Origin: the human T2T-CHM13v2.0 reference genome, Homo sapiens
Direction: 5' to 3' (one strand)
Length of the DNA stretch: 64,000 bases
Assembly: GCF_009914755.1 (NCBI RefSeq)
Contig: NC_060928.1
The position numbers and the translations under genes are program-made. How positions within the stretch are numbered: position 1 is the first letter of the stretch; each line of letters opens with the position of its first letter. Below are positions 27,221-40,690 of the stretch, piece by piece. Below the pieces are notes generated by a model, which worked only from the letters and a program-made list of their open reading frames with translations, searched no databases and was not told where the DNA came from.

Positions 27221-27660
27221 CAATTGACCCTTGAGCCACAAAGGTATGAACTACGTTGATCCACTTATATGTGCATTTTCTTCTGCCTCTGCCACCCCTG
27301 AGATAGCAAGACTAACCCCCCTTTTCCTTTTTCTCCTCAACCTACTCATCATGAAGACAATGAGAATAAAGACCTTTATGATGATTCACTTCCATTTAAT
27401 GAACAGTAGATATATTTTCTCTTCCTTATGATTTTCTTGATAATATTTGCTTTTCTCTAGCTTATTTTATTTTAAGAATATGGTATAAAATAATAATCAC
27501 ATACAAAATAAGTGTTAATTGACTATGTTGTCAGTAAGGGTTATGGTCAACAATAGGCTATTGGTAGGGCAAGTTTTTGGGTAGTCAAAGCTTATACAGA
27601 AATTTTTGACTGCATAGGGGCGGCTGTGCCCCAACTTCCACATTGTTCAAGAGTCAATTG
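27221..27660 (+). mobile_element. Tigger2a (TcMar-Tigger), full length
   Basis: TIRs caattgacccttga / ttcaagagtcaattg flanked by a TA TSD; internal ctgcctctgccacccctgaga. Confidence 0.9.
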
Positions 27661-27901
27661 TATATTTAAAATCCTCCCTTAAGTGATTTTAAGCCTAAAC
27701 TTGTCTTTAAATGGTCAGATGGAAAAGAAAGATTGTGTATAGTAAATAAAATGATTAATTGAAGATACCCACAGATACACATCTGCTTTGTTGCTAGACT
27801 GCCTTAAGAATAAACTTCAGTATAAAATATGAGCTCAAAGGAGAATTAGTACTGGTACATAACATAGAAGCATAGTTGTTAGAATACATTTTCCCTCACT
27901 G

Positions 27902-27902
<1 letters not shown>

Positions 27903-27949
<47 letters not shown>

Positions 27950-27950
27950 T
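27903..27950. repeat. (CA)n microsatellite
   Basis: Direct reading. Confidence 0.96.
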
Positions 27951-28549
27951 ACCCACATGCACTCACGTAATAATGATGGGGATTTATACAGACTCTGAGA
28001 GAGTTTCAAAATCAGGTCTTTTTTTTATCTGTCTTACTTGTGGAGAATAAAGAGTGGCATGCTATTCAGCAGATATTTGCTAGAAGCAAAGAACTAATAA
28101 ACTGGATGGGAAAAAGCTTGAGAGGGGTTGGGAAGAAAAAGTTCTTCAACGCTCATGAGATGAGAAATGTTAAGAAGACAAAAGACAGTTCTTTTTCTTT
28201 ATAGCTCCTATCAGACAGTTATGATCTTTTAAAATGCTAAAGAAATACTCAGCCTTATATGGGCACGAGTGTTAACAAACAGTAAGTTATTGCAAAATTA
28301 AAACTTAATTCAGCAGTGATTGAAAAAAGTTTCACTTAAATAAGACAGGCTCTACTTACATATTTTTAATTAAACAAATCATGTTATGACTTTCATAGCT
28401 ATTTTATGGATTTACATTTATTCCATTATATTTTTTATAGAAAAATAGTGACCAAATTTTGTGCTAACATATGTACTTTTAGTTATTCCTTTCCCAATTA
28501 AAGCCTAATTATGTATCCTTGAATTTAAGAGTAGTTGTTTTTAATTAGG

Positions 28550-28707
28550 AGCTATTTTGTGGTGTCATCCCTCAGGGGCAGTGCTATTGGCATCTAGTGA
28601 GGAGAGGCCAGGGATGTTATTAACAGTCTACGATGTACGGGACACAGCTTTCCACCACAAAAAGTTCTTTGGTCCAAAATGTCAATAGTGCTGAGGTTGA
28701 GAAAGCG
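28550..28707 (+). mobile_element. MER20 fragment
   Basis: tgctattggcatctagtgaggagaggccagggatg...ccaaaatgtcaatagtgctgaggttgagaaa. Confidence 0.85.
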
Positions 28708-28733
28708 GCTTTTCTAAGATTCACCTGGGGAGC

Positions 28734-29079
28734 TGTTTTAGTCCATTCAGGCTGCTGTATCAAAATACCAGCAACTGGGTAGCTCATAACAACAGGAATT
28801 TCTCATGGTTCTGGAGGCTGGAAAGTGCAAGATTGGTGTCTGATGAGGGCCTACTCCCTAATTCACAGATGACACCATCTTTTTGCTGTATCTTCACGCA
28901 GTAGAAAGACAAATGAGCTCCCTTGGGCCTTTTCTGTAAGGGTGCTAATACCATTTACCAGGGTTCTTCTCTCATGACCTAATAACTTCCCAAAAGGCCC
29001 TGTCTCCTAATATCATCACCTTGGGAGATAGGATTTCAGCACATGAATTTTAGGAAGACACACACATTTAGATCATGCA
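28734..29079 (-). mobile_element. MaLR LTR (MLT1A-like) inserted into a MER5 element
   Basis: tgttttagtccattcaggctgct...ggttctggaggctggaaagt...catgaattttagg; TSD ggagc/agagc; MER5 sequence (cacctggggagc|ttattaaaaatac) rejoins across it. Confidence 0.85.
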
Positions 29080-29384
29080 AGAGCTTATTAAAAATACAAG
29101 TTTCTGAGCACTGCTCCAGCAATTCTGATCTCAAGGGTGGAGGTGGAATTCAGGAATCAGCACCCAGGTTACTATTTTCCTCAGGTTACATTTTCCCCCT
29201 TTCAGGTTCTATTTTGAGAAACACGAAACAAAGTACTCAGATACTTCAATCAAAGTTAAGTCATTACCAATTGATGATCACTATCTAACATAAAAATGGT
29301 GACTAAAAGGAGTTGCCCATTTCAATAGGGCTAGTTATGCAACTAGAAATTCTAGTTGAATTTCATGAATTATCAATATATTTA

Positions 29385-29495
29385 CAAATGTGGCTTTAGA
29401 TCAGGAGCAGAGGCATCACCTGGGAGTTTGTTAGAATCTCAGGCTCCAATTCAGACCTACAGACTCACAATCTGCATATTCACAACATCTCTGGC
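29385..29495 (+). mobile_element. MER5A fragment
   Basis: ggcatcacctgggagtttgttagaatctcaggctcc...cagacctac...tctgcat. Confidence 0.7.
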
Positions 29496-29690
29496 TTTTA
29501 CAATTGTACAGCTTTAAATGAAATAAAGTATCTTAGTACCCAGCATATTCAATTCCTATAAGAAGTGGTGGTGATTACCATTAGTAATAATGGTAATGAT
29601 GACAGTATAAATAGAGCAATAAGGAAAGGCTGAAGACAGGGAATAATGTAATGGAAAAGATTCCTTAGAAAAGATAAGAATGAACCCAGG

Positions 29691-30266
29691 GTATATTAGT
29701 TTTCTATTTTTGTGTAATAAATTGCCACAAACTGAACAGCCTCAAACACCTATTTATTAAGTCACTGTCATGTAGGCGTGACTGGGTTTCTGCCTAGGAC
29801 ATGACCAGGATGAAACAAGCTGTCAGCTAGCTTGTCTGGAGGCTCTGGGGAAAAATCCACTGCCCATCTAATTCTTCATGCAGGCAGAATTCAGTTCCTT
29901 GTGGTTGCATAACTTGAGGTTCCAGCTCCTAGAAGGCTGTCAGCAGGGGGTCACTCTCAGCTTCTAGAGAATACCTACAATCCTTGCCATGTGGCACCCT
30001 CCATCTTCAAGTCAGCAATAGTTCATTGAATCCTTCTTATACTTTGGATCTTAGTCTTTCCCATCTGCCACTAGCCAAAGAAAAGCCCTGCTTTAAAGGG
30101 GCTCATTTGATTAGGCTAGGGCGTTCAAATAACCTCCCTTTCTTTTAAAATCAATTGTCCCTTACTATCATCTCAGCAAGAAAGCAAAACATTCACATCT
30201 CTTGGGATTATGTGGAGGAGGGGCAGGAAATCTTGGAGAGCATCTTAAAATTCTGCCTGCTGCACA
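29691..30266 (-). mobile_element. MaLR LTR (MLT1E-like)
   Basis: tattagttttctattt...ggcagaattcagttccttgtggttg...catcttaaaattctgcct. Confidence 0.8.
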
Positions 30267-31430
30267 TTGCCACTGAACTGATGAGCCTCAAGTGGAAGGA
30301 AAATCCCTGTAGTATATGGAAGGAGAAGGAGGTGGGCATATGTGGTGGCAAATTTATAAATCTGGCTGTGGAGGATTTTATTTGTCAAGTGTTTAGTTTG
30401 CTGAAAATAAATGGAAAGTACCTGTCTCAAAGTTTGAAGGCAAGTAAAACAGTTTTGAAACACTTGCTAGAGGCAATGGGGGAAAGAGTTTAACAGAAAA
30501 GAATGAATGTCCACTGTTGCTGGACAGTGCAGAGTCCAGCAGGAGACAGGCTGTGCCTCAGAAGAGCATAGAAGTGTTATGAAAGGCGGAGCAGTCACTG
30601 ACTAGAAGTTACCTGACAGAAATGGGGAGAGGAGGAAGGGGCAGGCCCTGCTTTTGAGGTCTATCCAAGAATCAGTCTCCTCCAAAAGGAGCCAGGTTAC
30701 CACCAGGCTCAGCCCAATACCTGGAAGAGAAATGTGCTAAATTTTTATTTCTTTTTTACTGTGAAATGAATATGAACTAAAGAGGATCACATATCCTTTG
30801 AGCTGCAGGATTTTAAATAGATGGATGATACCACTGAATTAATTTCTTTCAGGGATTTTTATAAGCCACACGAAGACAGTTTTATCACTTCCATGGGCTA
30901 TAAGGCAAATGCTGTGGTTACCTTGCTAATAGTGAAGACTCTCTTGAGAGATTCTTGATAATGATGCTCAAACAATATAGCACAGAGGGACAGTTATATT
31001 ATCTTCTCTCGCATTTTATTACAGATAAGAGATTGTGAAGTATGAGACTGACAAAAGCAATGGGTGACACCTCATTTTTCACACACCTCACAGGGACAAC
31101 AGCCTCAAGGGGATGTTCTTTAGGCCAAAACTTCTAAGATATTCTTAAGAGTGGTTTTAAGAAATTTCACATAATGTTTTGAATAAAAGCCTATAATCTG
31201 ATAATTAATCAGTGAGGAAGACAAAGTTTCTACATATCTGTTTCCCTTAAGATAAGTTCATAAACATTTTTACAATAAAAATATATATAATGCCATGAAT
31301 GGTGCCATTCAAGCCAAATAAAACAGGTCCAATTGCCATTCAAAGAAGTCAGAATCATATCTGTTTTTTATGCTTTTTGTTAAATGCAGATTATTTTCAG
31401 TTCTGCCTAACTAGCTTAAGAATGCACATA

Positions 31431-31745
31431 CAATTGTCTCCCTGTATCTGTGGGGGATTGGTTTCAGGACACCCAGCAGATACTAAAATCCACAGATGCT
31501 CAACTTCCTTATATAAAATGGCATAGTATTTGCATATAACCTGTGCATATCCTCTTATATATTTAAATCATCTCCAGATTACTTAAAATACCTAAACAAT
31601 GTAAGTGCTATGCAAACAGTTGTTATACTGAATTGTCTAGGGAATAGTAAAAGAAAAACATTTGCATATGTTTTAATCAAATATTTTCAATCCACTGTTG
31701 GTAGACTCCACTAATGTGGAACCCATGGACACAGAGATCCAGCTA
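31431..31745 (+). mobile_element. MER2 (TcMar-Tigger)
   Basis: gtatctgtgggggattggtttcaggac...ccttatataaaatggcatagtatttgcatataacc...ggaacccatggacacag; TA flanks. Confidence 0.88.
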
Positions 31746-31898
31746 TATAAAGCATAATGAAGTGATTATCTTTGGAATGTATCCAATGTTTCCACGGTCA
31801 TTTACATGTGATCTCAAGAAAAATATTATAATAGGGAAAGATAAAAGCTGATATTGACAAATGCAAATAAAATTATGTTTAGTGCACTCAAGTGTTAG

Positions 31899-32196
<298 letters not shown>

Positions 32197-32374
32197 ACGT
32201 TAGGCATTTTGATAACTCTTTATTTCATTATCTCAATTTGACATGACCGTTATTATTATCCCTATCTTCTAAAGGAGGAAATTGAGACTTCAGTATGTTG
32301 GATTACTTCAGCAGGATCCAGTAGGAGATTTTCATTTGTATTCAAAGGCTGCTTCAAGATTCCCCCTAAAGAAA

Positions 32375-32890
32375 GGTCATGTCACGTCACTTCTCTGTTT
32401 AAAAACTTAATGGATTCTCCCCTCTCTCAAAGACATCCCAAATCATCACTCTTTCATTCAAGGTAAGGCTTCAGCTAACTCTCACTTCAGCTCAACACTG
32501 AACTTTCTCCTGACTCACTCAGGTCTAGCCACTCTCAAGCAAACTCCAGCTTGTTTTGTTGCAAAAGCAAACAAACAGCTTTTGCATTGCTGTTCTCTTC
32601 TTACTGAATTCTCTTTCCACAGATATTAGCATGCTTTGCTTGCTTACTTCTTTCCCATTTTTACTCATATGCCACTTTATCAGACAGGGTTCTAATCATT
32701 CTCCCCTAATATTGTATTATGTTTCCTCATAGTATTTATGTACAAATATTTCTTTACTTGTTTGTCATCTGTATGTCTCTCCTTTCTCTCTGCATGAGAA
32801 TAGGACTTTTTGCTTGGTACCATGTCCCCTATGCTTAGAACAAAGCCTATCATGTAGTAGTTATTTTAATATTGTTGAGTGAATATATGA
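32375..32890 (+). mobile_element. L2 3' fragment
   Basis: catgtcac...tttgcattgctgttc...cttagaacaaagcctatcatgtagtag...ttgttgagtgaat. Confidence 0.7.
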
Positions 32891-33479
32891 ATTCTTAACA
32901 TTTTTATACATAGATAAAGAATATGCATTGTGCGACTGGGTCCTGATACTCTCAAATTCAGTTCAAGAAGATACAAGAGGAATTTATTGACAAATTCCTA
33001 AGTCAGGGAAGGCTGAAAACAGCAGATATTATTTTCAGAGATTAAAGGACTTGATTCCCTGATTTTAAGATAATAAGAAGGCGGCTAGGAGTAGGACAAA
33101 TATTAGGAAAAGTGCTTAGTTTTGGATGAAGAATGTTTCCAAGGAGAAAACAGTGAGCAAATTGATCTGAGTTGAGTGGATATAAAAAAAGGGGGAAAAA
33201 AGAGCAGACCAGAAATGTGAGGTCATTTAGAGCAGCCAGTGTTGGATGGTCAAGAAGAGAGAGAGGATTTTGTATAGGATCTGAAGTGTTATGAGCATCT
33301 ACAGGTGATCAAGCTAGAAGATGCAGTGACCCAGTGAAATGGAAGGTAAGACACCTAGCTGGCAATGGTCCTAAAAACTTGGTGGCAAGGGTGCAGCTTT
33401 AGGCTATATTTCTGACAAGAAGATTCTGATAGACCATGGATTTGAAATCCTATGAGGAGATGGAGAGAAAAATAGAAAC

Positions 33480-33700
33480 CAGCAATTTGTTTAGATTCTA
33501 CTATGTGTCAGACACTTTTCTGAACCCTTGCATACACTGTCTTTAAATCACTACAAATACCTATAAGGTGTTATTTGACATCATTATGTAAGTTTTATAA
33601 ATGAGAAAATTAGAGCTTAGAAAAAATTAAGGAACTTGCTTACGGTCAATTAGTTACTAAGTTTCAGGCTTTGTGTTCAAATCCAGACCTGCAACTTTTC
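33480..33700 (-). mobile_element. MIR
   Basis: ctactatgtgtcagacact...atgagaaaattagagcttaga...ttcaaatccag. Confidence 0.7.
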
Positions 33701-35159
33701 AGTATCTGTTCTATCTGTCTCTCTCTTTCTGTCTCTCTCTCTGTCTCTGTCTCTTTCTCTCTATATATAATTTAATTTATAAATAATAAATAATATACAT
33801 ATATCATTTAATTTGTTGTTGTTTAGATAATTAAAATTTACCAGAGTAACATATGGTGAAAGAAGAAACTTCATAAAATGTTCATCCAAGATAAAGCACA
33901 ATTTTCCAATAGTGTTTAGCTTTTACTTTCATTCAAATATGTAGTGCATTTTGCCTTTGGTAATATACTTGGTTGGTCTCATGTTTTGATTGATATACAA
34001 GATAGTAATACTTAATTGTTTTCATGTTCTCACTATCCATCCATTGGGGGCTGACTGTTTTTCACACATCTCCGTATCTCCAACACTCAGCACATTGTTT
34101 TATACACAGAAGATACTCAAGTTATTTTCTGTGGAAAATAATTAAAATTGTATAAGCAAGACAATATATGAAAGTATCTTGTAAGTATTATCACTGCTGT
34201 AGAAATGGTTAGTCTTGGGTAATGGAATTTAGAATATCTAAAAATATTTGATTTGAAATATTCAAATTAACATGTAGATTAAAAAGGTAATTGTGAGAGT
34301 ATAGACAAACTCGTGGCATCTTTTTCTACCCTCAAGATACAATGCCTTTGTACTCCCTTTACACATGTTTTTATTCTAACCTGTTTTGCTTTTTAATTCA
34401 ACTCTTTTGCAAAGAAAATAATTTGTAATTCATATTTAAAGAGAAAAGACATAGCCTTTCAATCTATGTGATTCAAGTCAGAAAATATTTTATGATTATC
34501 TGCATCTGGGTCAGGACACTGTCTTCTCAGAAGCGTTGGTCAATGAATCATGTTTAAGTTGCATGCTAATCTGCATGATGATAAGGTTATGCCTTCTCTG
34601 AAGATGAATGGGTTTTTCAAACAGTAGCTCTGCATTTGGGAATTTTCTGAGAATATAAATTCCACAAAAAGCTATTTTGCTAATGATGGACCACTTCATT
34701 CATTTTCTTTTTGTGATGAATCCATATTTGTATCCATAAATGTAAAACACAGCATAAAGTTACATATCTATTTTTATCTCAGATGTCTGCACTGGAACAT
34801 TTTAAAGTCCCTTGTGACTTTTGCAGATATTTTGGATTATGCTTCAGGACTTCTATTATAAGGCATTACATGTTCACTGCAAAAAATTGTGTAAAAATGG
34901 TCAATTGATTCTTTACAAAACTAATTTCTTAATAACACAGTGATAATCACTTACAAAACAAGAGGTTGGGACCAGCAGATAGACTTTCAGTTTTATCTGG
35001 GAATTACATGCTTATTTGTTTTGGCAGGTTTGTATTTTCATTTTCTTAAAAATTTTTAGGGGTATAAAGATATCAGGCACAAGAGTCAAGCCTACCCAAA
35101 TAAATAATAATACTTTTACTTAATGTTTACCTCCTTCATATTTTTTACTGTTTTCCTGT

Positions 35160-35960
35160 AAGTTTTATTAAGGTATAATTTACATACAATAAAATTGAGC
35201 AATTTGGAACATACAATTTGATGAGTTTTGACAAATGTATACAGTTGACTAATCACCAACACAATAATGATTCAGAATAATTTCTTCATCCCAAAAAGTT
35301 CCCTGGGGTTTCTTTGCAGTCAATCCCCTGCCTACACCGCCAAATTAGTGGCCATTGGCAACCACTGAACTGTTTTCTATGACCATTGTTTTGCCTTTTC
35401 CAGAATGTAACATCAGTGAATCATGAAGTATATACTCTTGTTCTTCCAATTAACGTAGTATTTTTGAGAATCATTCATGTTGTTGCATTTAGCAATAGTT
35501 TGCACCTATTTATTGCTAAGCAGGATTCGATTACATGGATATACCACAGTTTTCTTATCTATTTAGCAGTTGGACATTTTGGTTGTTTCATGAATTGGGT
35601 ACTATAAAGAAAGCTGTTACAATTGTTTGAATACATGCTTATGTACACATATATTTTTATTTCACTTGGGTAAATACCTAGGAGACAAATTGGTGCATTA
35701 TGTGATAAATATATATTTGACTTCATAAGAAACTGCAAAATTGTTGCTTCACATGACTAATGTCTGGCATTGTCAGTCTTTTGAATTTTAGCCATTCTAG
35801 TGGTATGTGGTACCATCTCATTGTGGTTTATTTCATATTGCTATACTGAACAATAAAGCTAAGTGAGCATCTTTTAATGTGCTTATTTGTCATCTATACA
35901 TTTGCTCTGGTAAGTGTCTGTTCAAATCTTTTGCCCATTTCTGGGAACTATGTGTCTTCT
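35160..35960 (-). mobile_element. L1MB/ME 3' end
   Basis: ggtataatttacatacaataaaa...gagttttgacaaatgtatac...ttagccattctagtgg...tgtctgttcaaatcttttgcccattt. Confidence 0.8.
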
Positions 35961-35984
35961 TACACTATTTTTTTTAAAATCATG

Positions 35985-36405
35985 AATGGAATCAACCTAA
36001 TTGTCCATCAATGGGTGACTAGATAAGACAATGTGGTATATATAGACAATGGAATACTACTCAGCCATTAAAAATAAAATCATATATTTTTATTGCATCA
36101 TGGATGGAATAGGAGGCCATTATCTTAAGCAAAACAAGTCAGACACAGAAAGACAAATACCACATGTTCTCACTTACAAGTGGGAGCTAAACAATGTGTA
36201 CACGTGGATGATGTAGAGTGTGGAGTAATAGACAATAGAGACTAGAATGAGTGAGAGGGTGGGAGGGGGGTATATGATGAGAGATTATGTAACGGGTACA
36301 ATGAGTAAAAGCCCTGACTCCACCACTATGAAATTTGTGCAAGCAACGAAATTATGCTTGTACCCCATACACTTATACAAATAAAAACAATAAAAACAAT
36401 AAATA
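35985..36405 (+). mobile_element. L1MA/L1PB 3' end
   Basis: atggaatactactcagccatt...catgttctcacttacaagtgggagctaa...gtacccc...aataaaa. Confidence 0.85.
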
Positions 36406-38460
36406 GAAGCATGCAGCATTTCCATAAATTTTCTCATCTCCTCTTCTCAAAAATGTATTGTCTTTTCATTAGAGTTGGTTGCCTGCCATTATCTAAGTTT
36501 TTATGAACCAGAATATGAAATATGCTACATGGAGAGAAATGAACTCAACTATGCTGGTGCTTTTTACTAACATGAGTAAATAAAATCTCTCCTTCTGTCT
36601 TTTTTACTTAACTAGCTTTTTGTCTTAGCTAATTTGAATGATATTTTAGTCACATAGAATCACACAATGATATAAAAAATTGGAGTGTTATAAGTAATAG
36701 TTAAATATATGAAAGATAAGTCAAGATGGAGAAGAGGCATGGAAAAGCTTCATCCCAGCTGGGAAATTGGAAGTCTTTTTTTACTTAGCAGCAAAGTTAT
36801 AGGTTTAATTACTGCCTCTTGTACTTAGGACTTAGACTGTATACATAAGGAGGATTGAAATTTTGTAGAAAAAAAGTTAGCATTTCAGAACAAGTTTGCT
36901 ACTTCTTATAGTTTTCCATAAATACTTGACAAAAAGGACAAGCCTAAATCTGAGGTAGCTTGGCCATAAATGAGAAAGGAAAAAGACATTGCTTAAGAGA
37001 GGATGTTTGCACCATAACCAACAGTCCAGAAAAAAAAAGTGATGGGCTTCATAGAACTTAGGAGGTCAATTTATTTGCTCTGAACTGAAGTTATTATGAA
37101 ACAGGGAACAAAGTGGGAGATATTCTTGGGATGTAGAAGAAACCAAATAACTGAATGGAGAGATTCGTTTTCTAAAATCTACCCTAATGTTCTCTGTCAT
37201 CCACTGCCTACTTGAAAAAAAGAAGAAAAAAAAACCCCTATTACATAGATCCATCCCCTGGGCAAAACCTCTGATTGAGAGGCAATTAATATTTCATAAT
37301 TAACACAGCACTTTGTGTTGTTGGCATAAACTACTGTGAAAGCAGTGCAGCTGAGGGTGAGCTAGTTGGGCAGTGCATCAAGGACACTGCTGAGAAGTGA
37401 GGACACCTAAGTCTGGGAATGAACTCAAGGACCAGGCTTGGACCACACGGATTTGTTTATGAGCCCATTGAGTGGACAAAATTGAGAACAGTCAAAAGTT
37501 TACAGATATTATTTTTTCCTAAAGACAGGTGAAAAAGGGCCTATAGTTGTTTAACACTTAAGGGAAATCTCAGAATTCCAAATCCACATCTTCAAAAAGT
37601 AGAATGCAGAGCCCCAAGAAGGGGAATCTTCCTTAATGCCTTTCTCATATGTGGCTGTGACAATAGAAAGAAAAGGTGTGCATGGAAAGCTGTCAAATTA
37701 GCTTATCAAGGGAATCACTCTTTGCCAGGACAGGAATCCTTATCTTTGTCCAGTGGAATATGTCGTATTTTGATTCCTCTTCATTTGCTTTCAAATGTGA
37801 AATTTTAAAATTTATATTATCCTTTTTCATATTTTCATTACTATATTTTGTTCATTGCTACCCATATTTTGGATATTAGATAGCTCTATAGGTTCTCTAT
37901 TCATAAGGAGACATTCCGGGCTTGTCAAATAGAAGGGGTCATTATTTGGTGGTCCTGAGCATAAAAATGAAGGCTGTAAGAAAAAAAAGAACTTCCTTTG
38001 AAAGTGGGAATTATGGCTTTGATTTTACCAGGAATCGTTGGTTTATTTGAAGGGACAGTTTAAGAAAATCATATTTGAAAAAAGTGTGCATAGCTATTAG
38101 GTGGCCAGTGAGTGAACTGTTGTTTTTGGTTTTCAAATAAACTTTTCTTCTTCTAATAGCAGAACCATCTCTTCGGTGGGAAAATCATTCTATGTGCGTT
38201 TGGCAGGGTTGTCTGCATACGCCCACAGCAGTGTCCATATGACCCAGGCCTGGCCAAAAAGAGTGCCACCTCACACCTCATTGACTGTTGAGCTTGTTGT
38301 GAAAAGGGCAAGTGACTGAAGTTAAGTGAGTAAAACTCCTCCCTGGTAATTTTCCATCAGAGCCCGTTGAGATGTCTTTTACTGCAGGGATCAACATGCT
38401 GATAGAATGTAAGTCTTGACTGTTGGAAGACACAAGGAAAGGACAATTAAAAAGAACAGA

Positions 38461-38754
38461 GGCCGGGCACGGTGGCTCACGCCTATAATCCCAGCACTTT
38501 GGGAGGCCAAGGGGCGGGGGGGGTGGATCACTTGAGGTCAGGAGTTCGAGACCAGCCTGGCCAACACGATGAAACCCCGTCTCTACTGAAAATACAAAAA
38601 TTAGCCAGGCGTGGTGGCAGATGGCTGTAATCCCAGCTACTTGGGAGGCTGAGGCAGGAGAATTGCTTGAACCTGGAAGGCGGAGGTTGTAGTAGCCAGG
38701 ATTCTGCCACTGCACTCCAGCCTGGGAAACTCTGTGAGACTCCATCTCAAAAAA
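38461..38754 (+). mobile_element. AluSx-like with a G-run expansion
   Basis: Full Alu; TSD aaaaagaacaga on both sides. Confidence 0.94.
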
Positions 38755-39783
38755 AGAACAGAGAGAAAACTATTGACCTAGATTATTTCAGGCTTGGAGC
38801 CAGATACGGCCATTTTCTGTACCTGAGCCCAATTGGTGGCAGAGGGGAGCCTTTAGCTGATCAATGGAATCACTCTTGATAAGTGACATGGAATTATTTG
38901 GTATTATTCATTGGAAATAATTAATTTGGAATTATTTAGATGTCCTGACTAATAATGTGGGATAAAAGCTAATGGCCAAGAAATTAAGCTGAAAAGCGGG
39001 ATTCAAAGTTAGCAAGTGACTTGTGTTTGCTAAAACAGTAGAGAAGGTAAATATTAAGCAGAAATTGTGTTGGGTGCAGTGAATTCCTGCAGATCATTTT
39101 GTAAAGGTTCAGCATTTTCTGCAGCAGGAGTAAGGAGAAAACACGGAAAAGAGAAGGAATAATTTAAAAACAAAAACATTTTCTGTAAGAGGGCCTGAGG
39201 CAAAATGATTCCAAGTTTGGAAAAAATCATATGTGAGTTTTGCCTACTTGGGTTGAACGTAAGTCAGAGATTACCTTTACAAAGATAACATATTAGTATT
39301 ATCATTAATCTAAGAAAACTGCCTGAGGCACTTTTTGAAAAAGCTGTTACATAGGTGAAGTCAGATAAGGTCAGTGCTTTGTTCAGTCTTACATATGATG
39401 CATCTTTCCCTCTGAGCTACTGTGTATAATAGTCACCTTAAGATCAAACCACTATCAGTAACAGGTTCCCTCATATCAAACTACAGTTTCTTGAGGGATA
39501 TATTTAACTGCCCAGAAAAAAAAAAATATTAAATGGCTTTTTCCCTCAAATCAGGACAGAATAGCTTTAGTATTATACCCATCCTTGAAGAGATGGGAAT
39601 TGGATAGGAAGCACAAGCATTCTGATTCAAAGATACAATAAACTCTCTGGGAGGAGATAGATGTTCAGGGTGTATCTACCTCTAAACAATGGAAAAAGTC
39701 ACAAAGCAGATTGACATTATCCAGCAATATGGCAATAGGCAATATATGTCATCACAGCAGAGTCCTTATTGAAAGGTCCAGCA

Positions 39784-40098
39784 GGCCGGGTGTGGTGGCT
39801 CATGCCTGTATTCCCAGCACTTTGGGAGGCCGAGGTGGGTGGATCACTTGAGGCCAGAAGTTCAAGACAGGCCTGGCCAATATAGTGAAACCCCGTCTCT
39901 ACAAAGATACAAAAATGAGCAGGTCATGGTGGTGCACACCTGTTATCCCAGCTACTTGGGAGGCTGAGGAAGGAGAATCACTTGAACTGGGAGGGAGAGG
40001 TTGCAGGGAGCAGAGATAGTGCCACTGCACTCCAGCCTCAGTGACAGAGTGAGACTCCATCTCCAAAAAAAAAAAAAAAAAAAGAAAGAAAGAAAAGG
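39784..40098 (+). mobile_element. AluS (Sz/Sx-like)
   Basis: Full Alu; TSD aaggtccagca. Confidence 0.93.
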
Positions 40099-40499
40099 AA
40101 GGTCCAGCAAGTAGTCATGGGCAAACAGGCATATATACATGGGGATGGAGAGTACAAAGGTGAGAGTAGGCTGCAAAGTCAGACAAGTGTAGCAGTATCA
40201 GGAAGAAAGAATATGAAGTACTAGAACTAGGATTTAGAATTTTGGTCTCCATTGGGCTTGCAAAAGAATTTCAGAATTGGGGTCTTACTGGAAATGAGGT
40301 GCAGAGTAGATTATCAATGTAAAAAAACTTGGACTAGAAGAACTGTGACAGAATGGAGAACTAGATTAAGACAATTGTATAAGGGAAAACAAGGACAAAG
40401 AAACAAAATTACATTGGTCACTTCAATATAAAGATAAAGAAAGATCAGAAATATAAATGATTTAAATTCTCAAATTGATAAAAACATTAACAAAATATA

Positions 40500-40690
40500 G
40501 CTAATATCTATTAGTTATCTGATATATGCCTTCAACCATGTTGTTATGTATAATGTTTAATTTTCAAAATAGTCCCATGAGATAGAAATTGTTATTCCCC
40601 TTTCACAGATGATAAAATGAAGCTCAGAGTAAAATAACTTCAAATATCACAAAGCCTAGGAAATGACAGAGGCAATATTTCTGACTATCA
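40500..40690 (-). mobile_element. MIR
   Basis: ttattcccctttcacagatgataaaatgaagctcagag. Confidence 0.7.

Noticed and set aside
38278-38745. Longest ORF (155 aa, minus strand)
   Set aside because: Mostly antisense Alu translation plus random flank.
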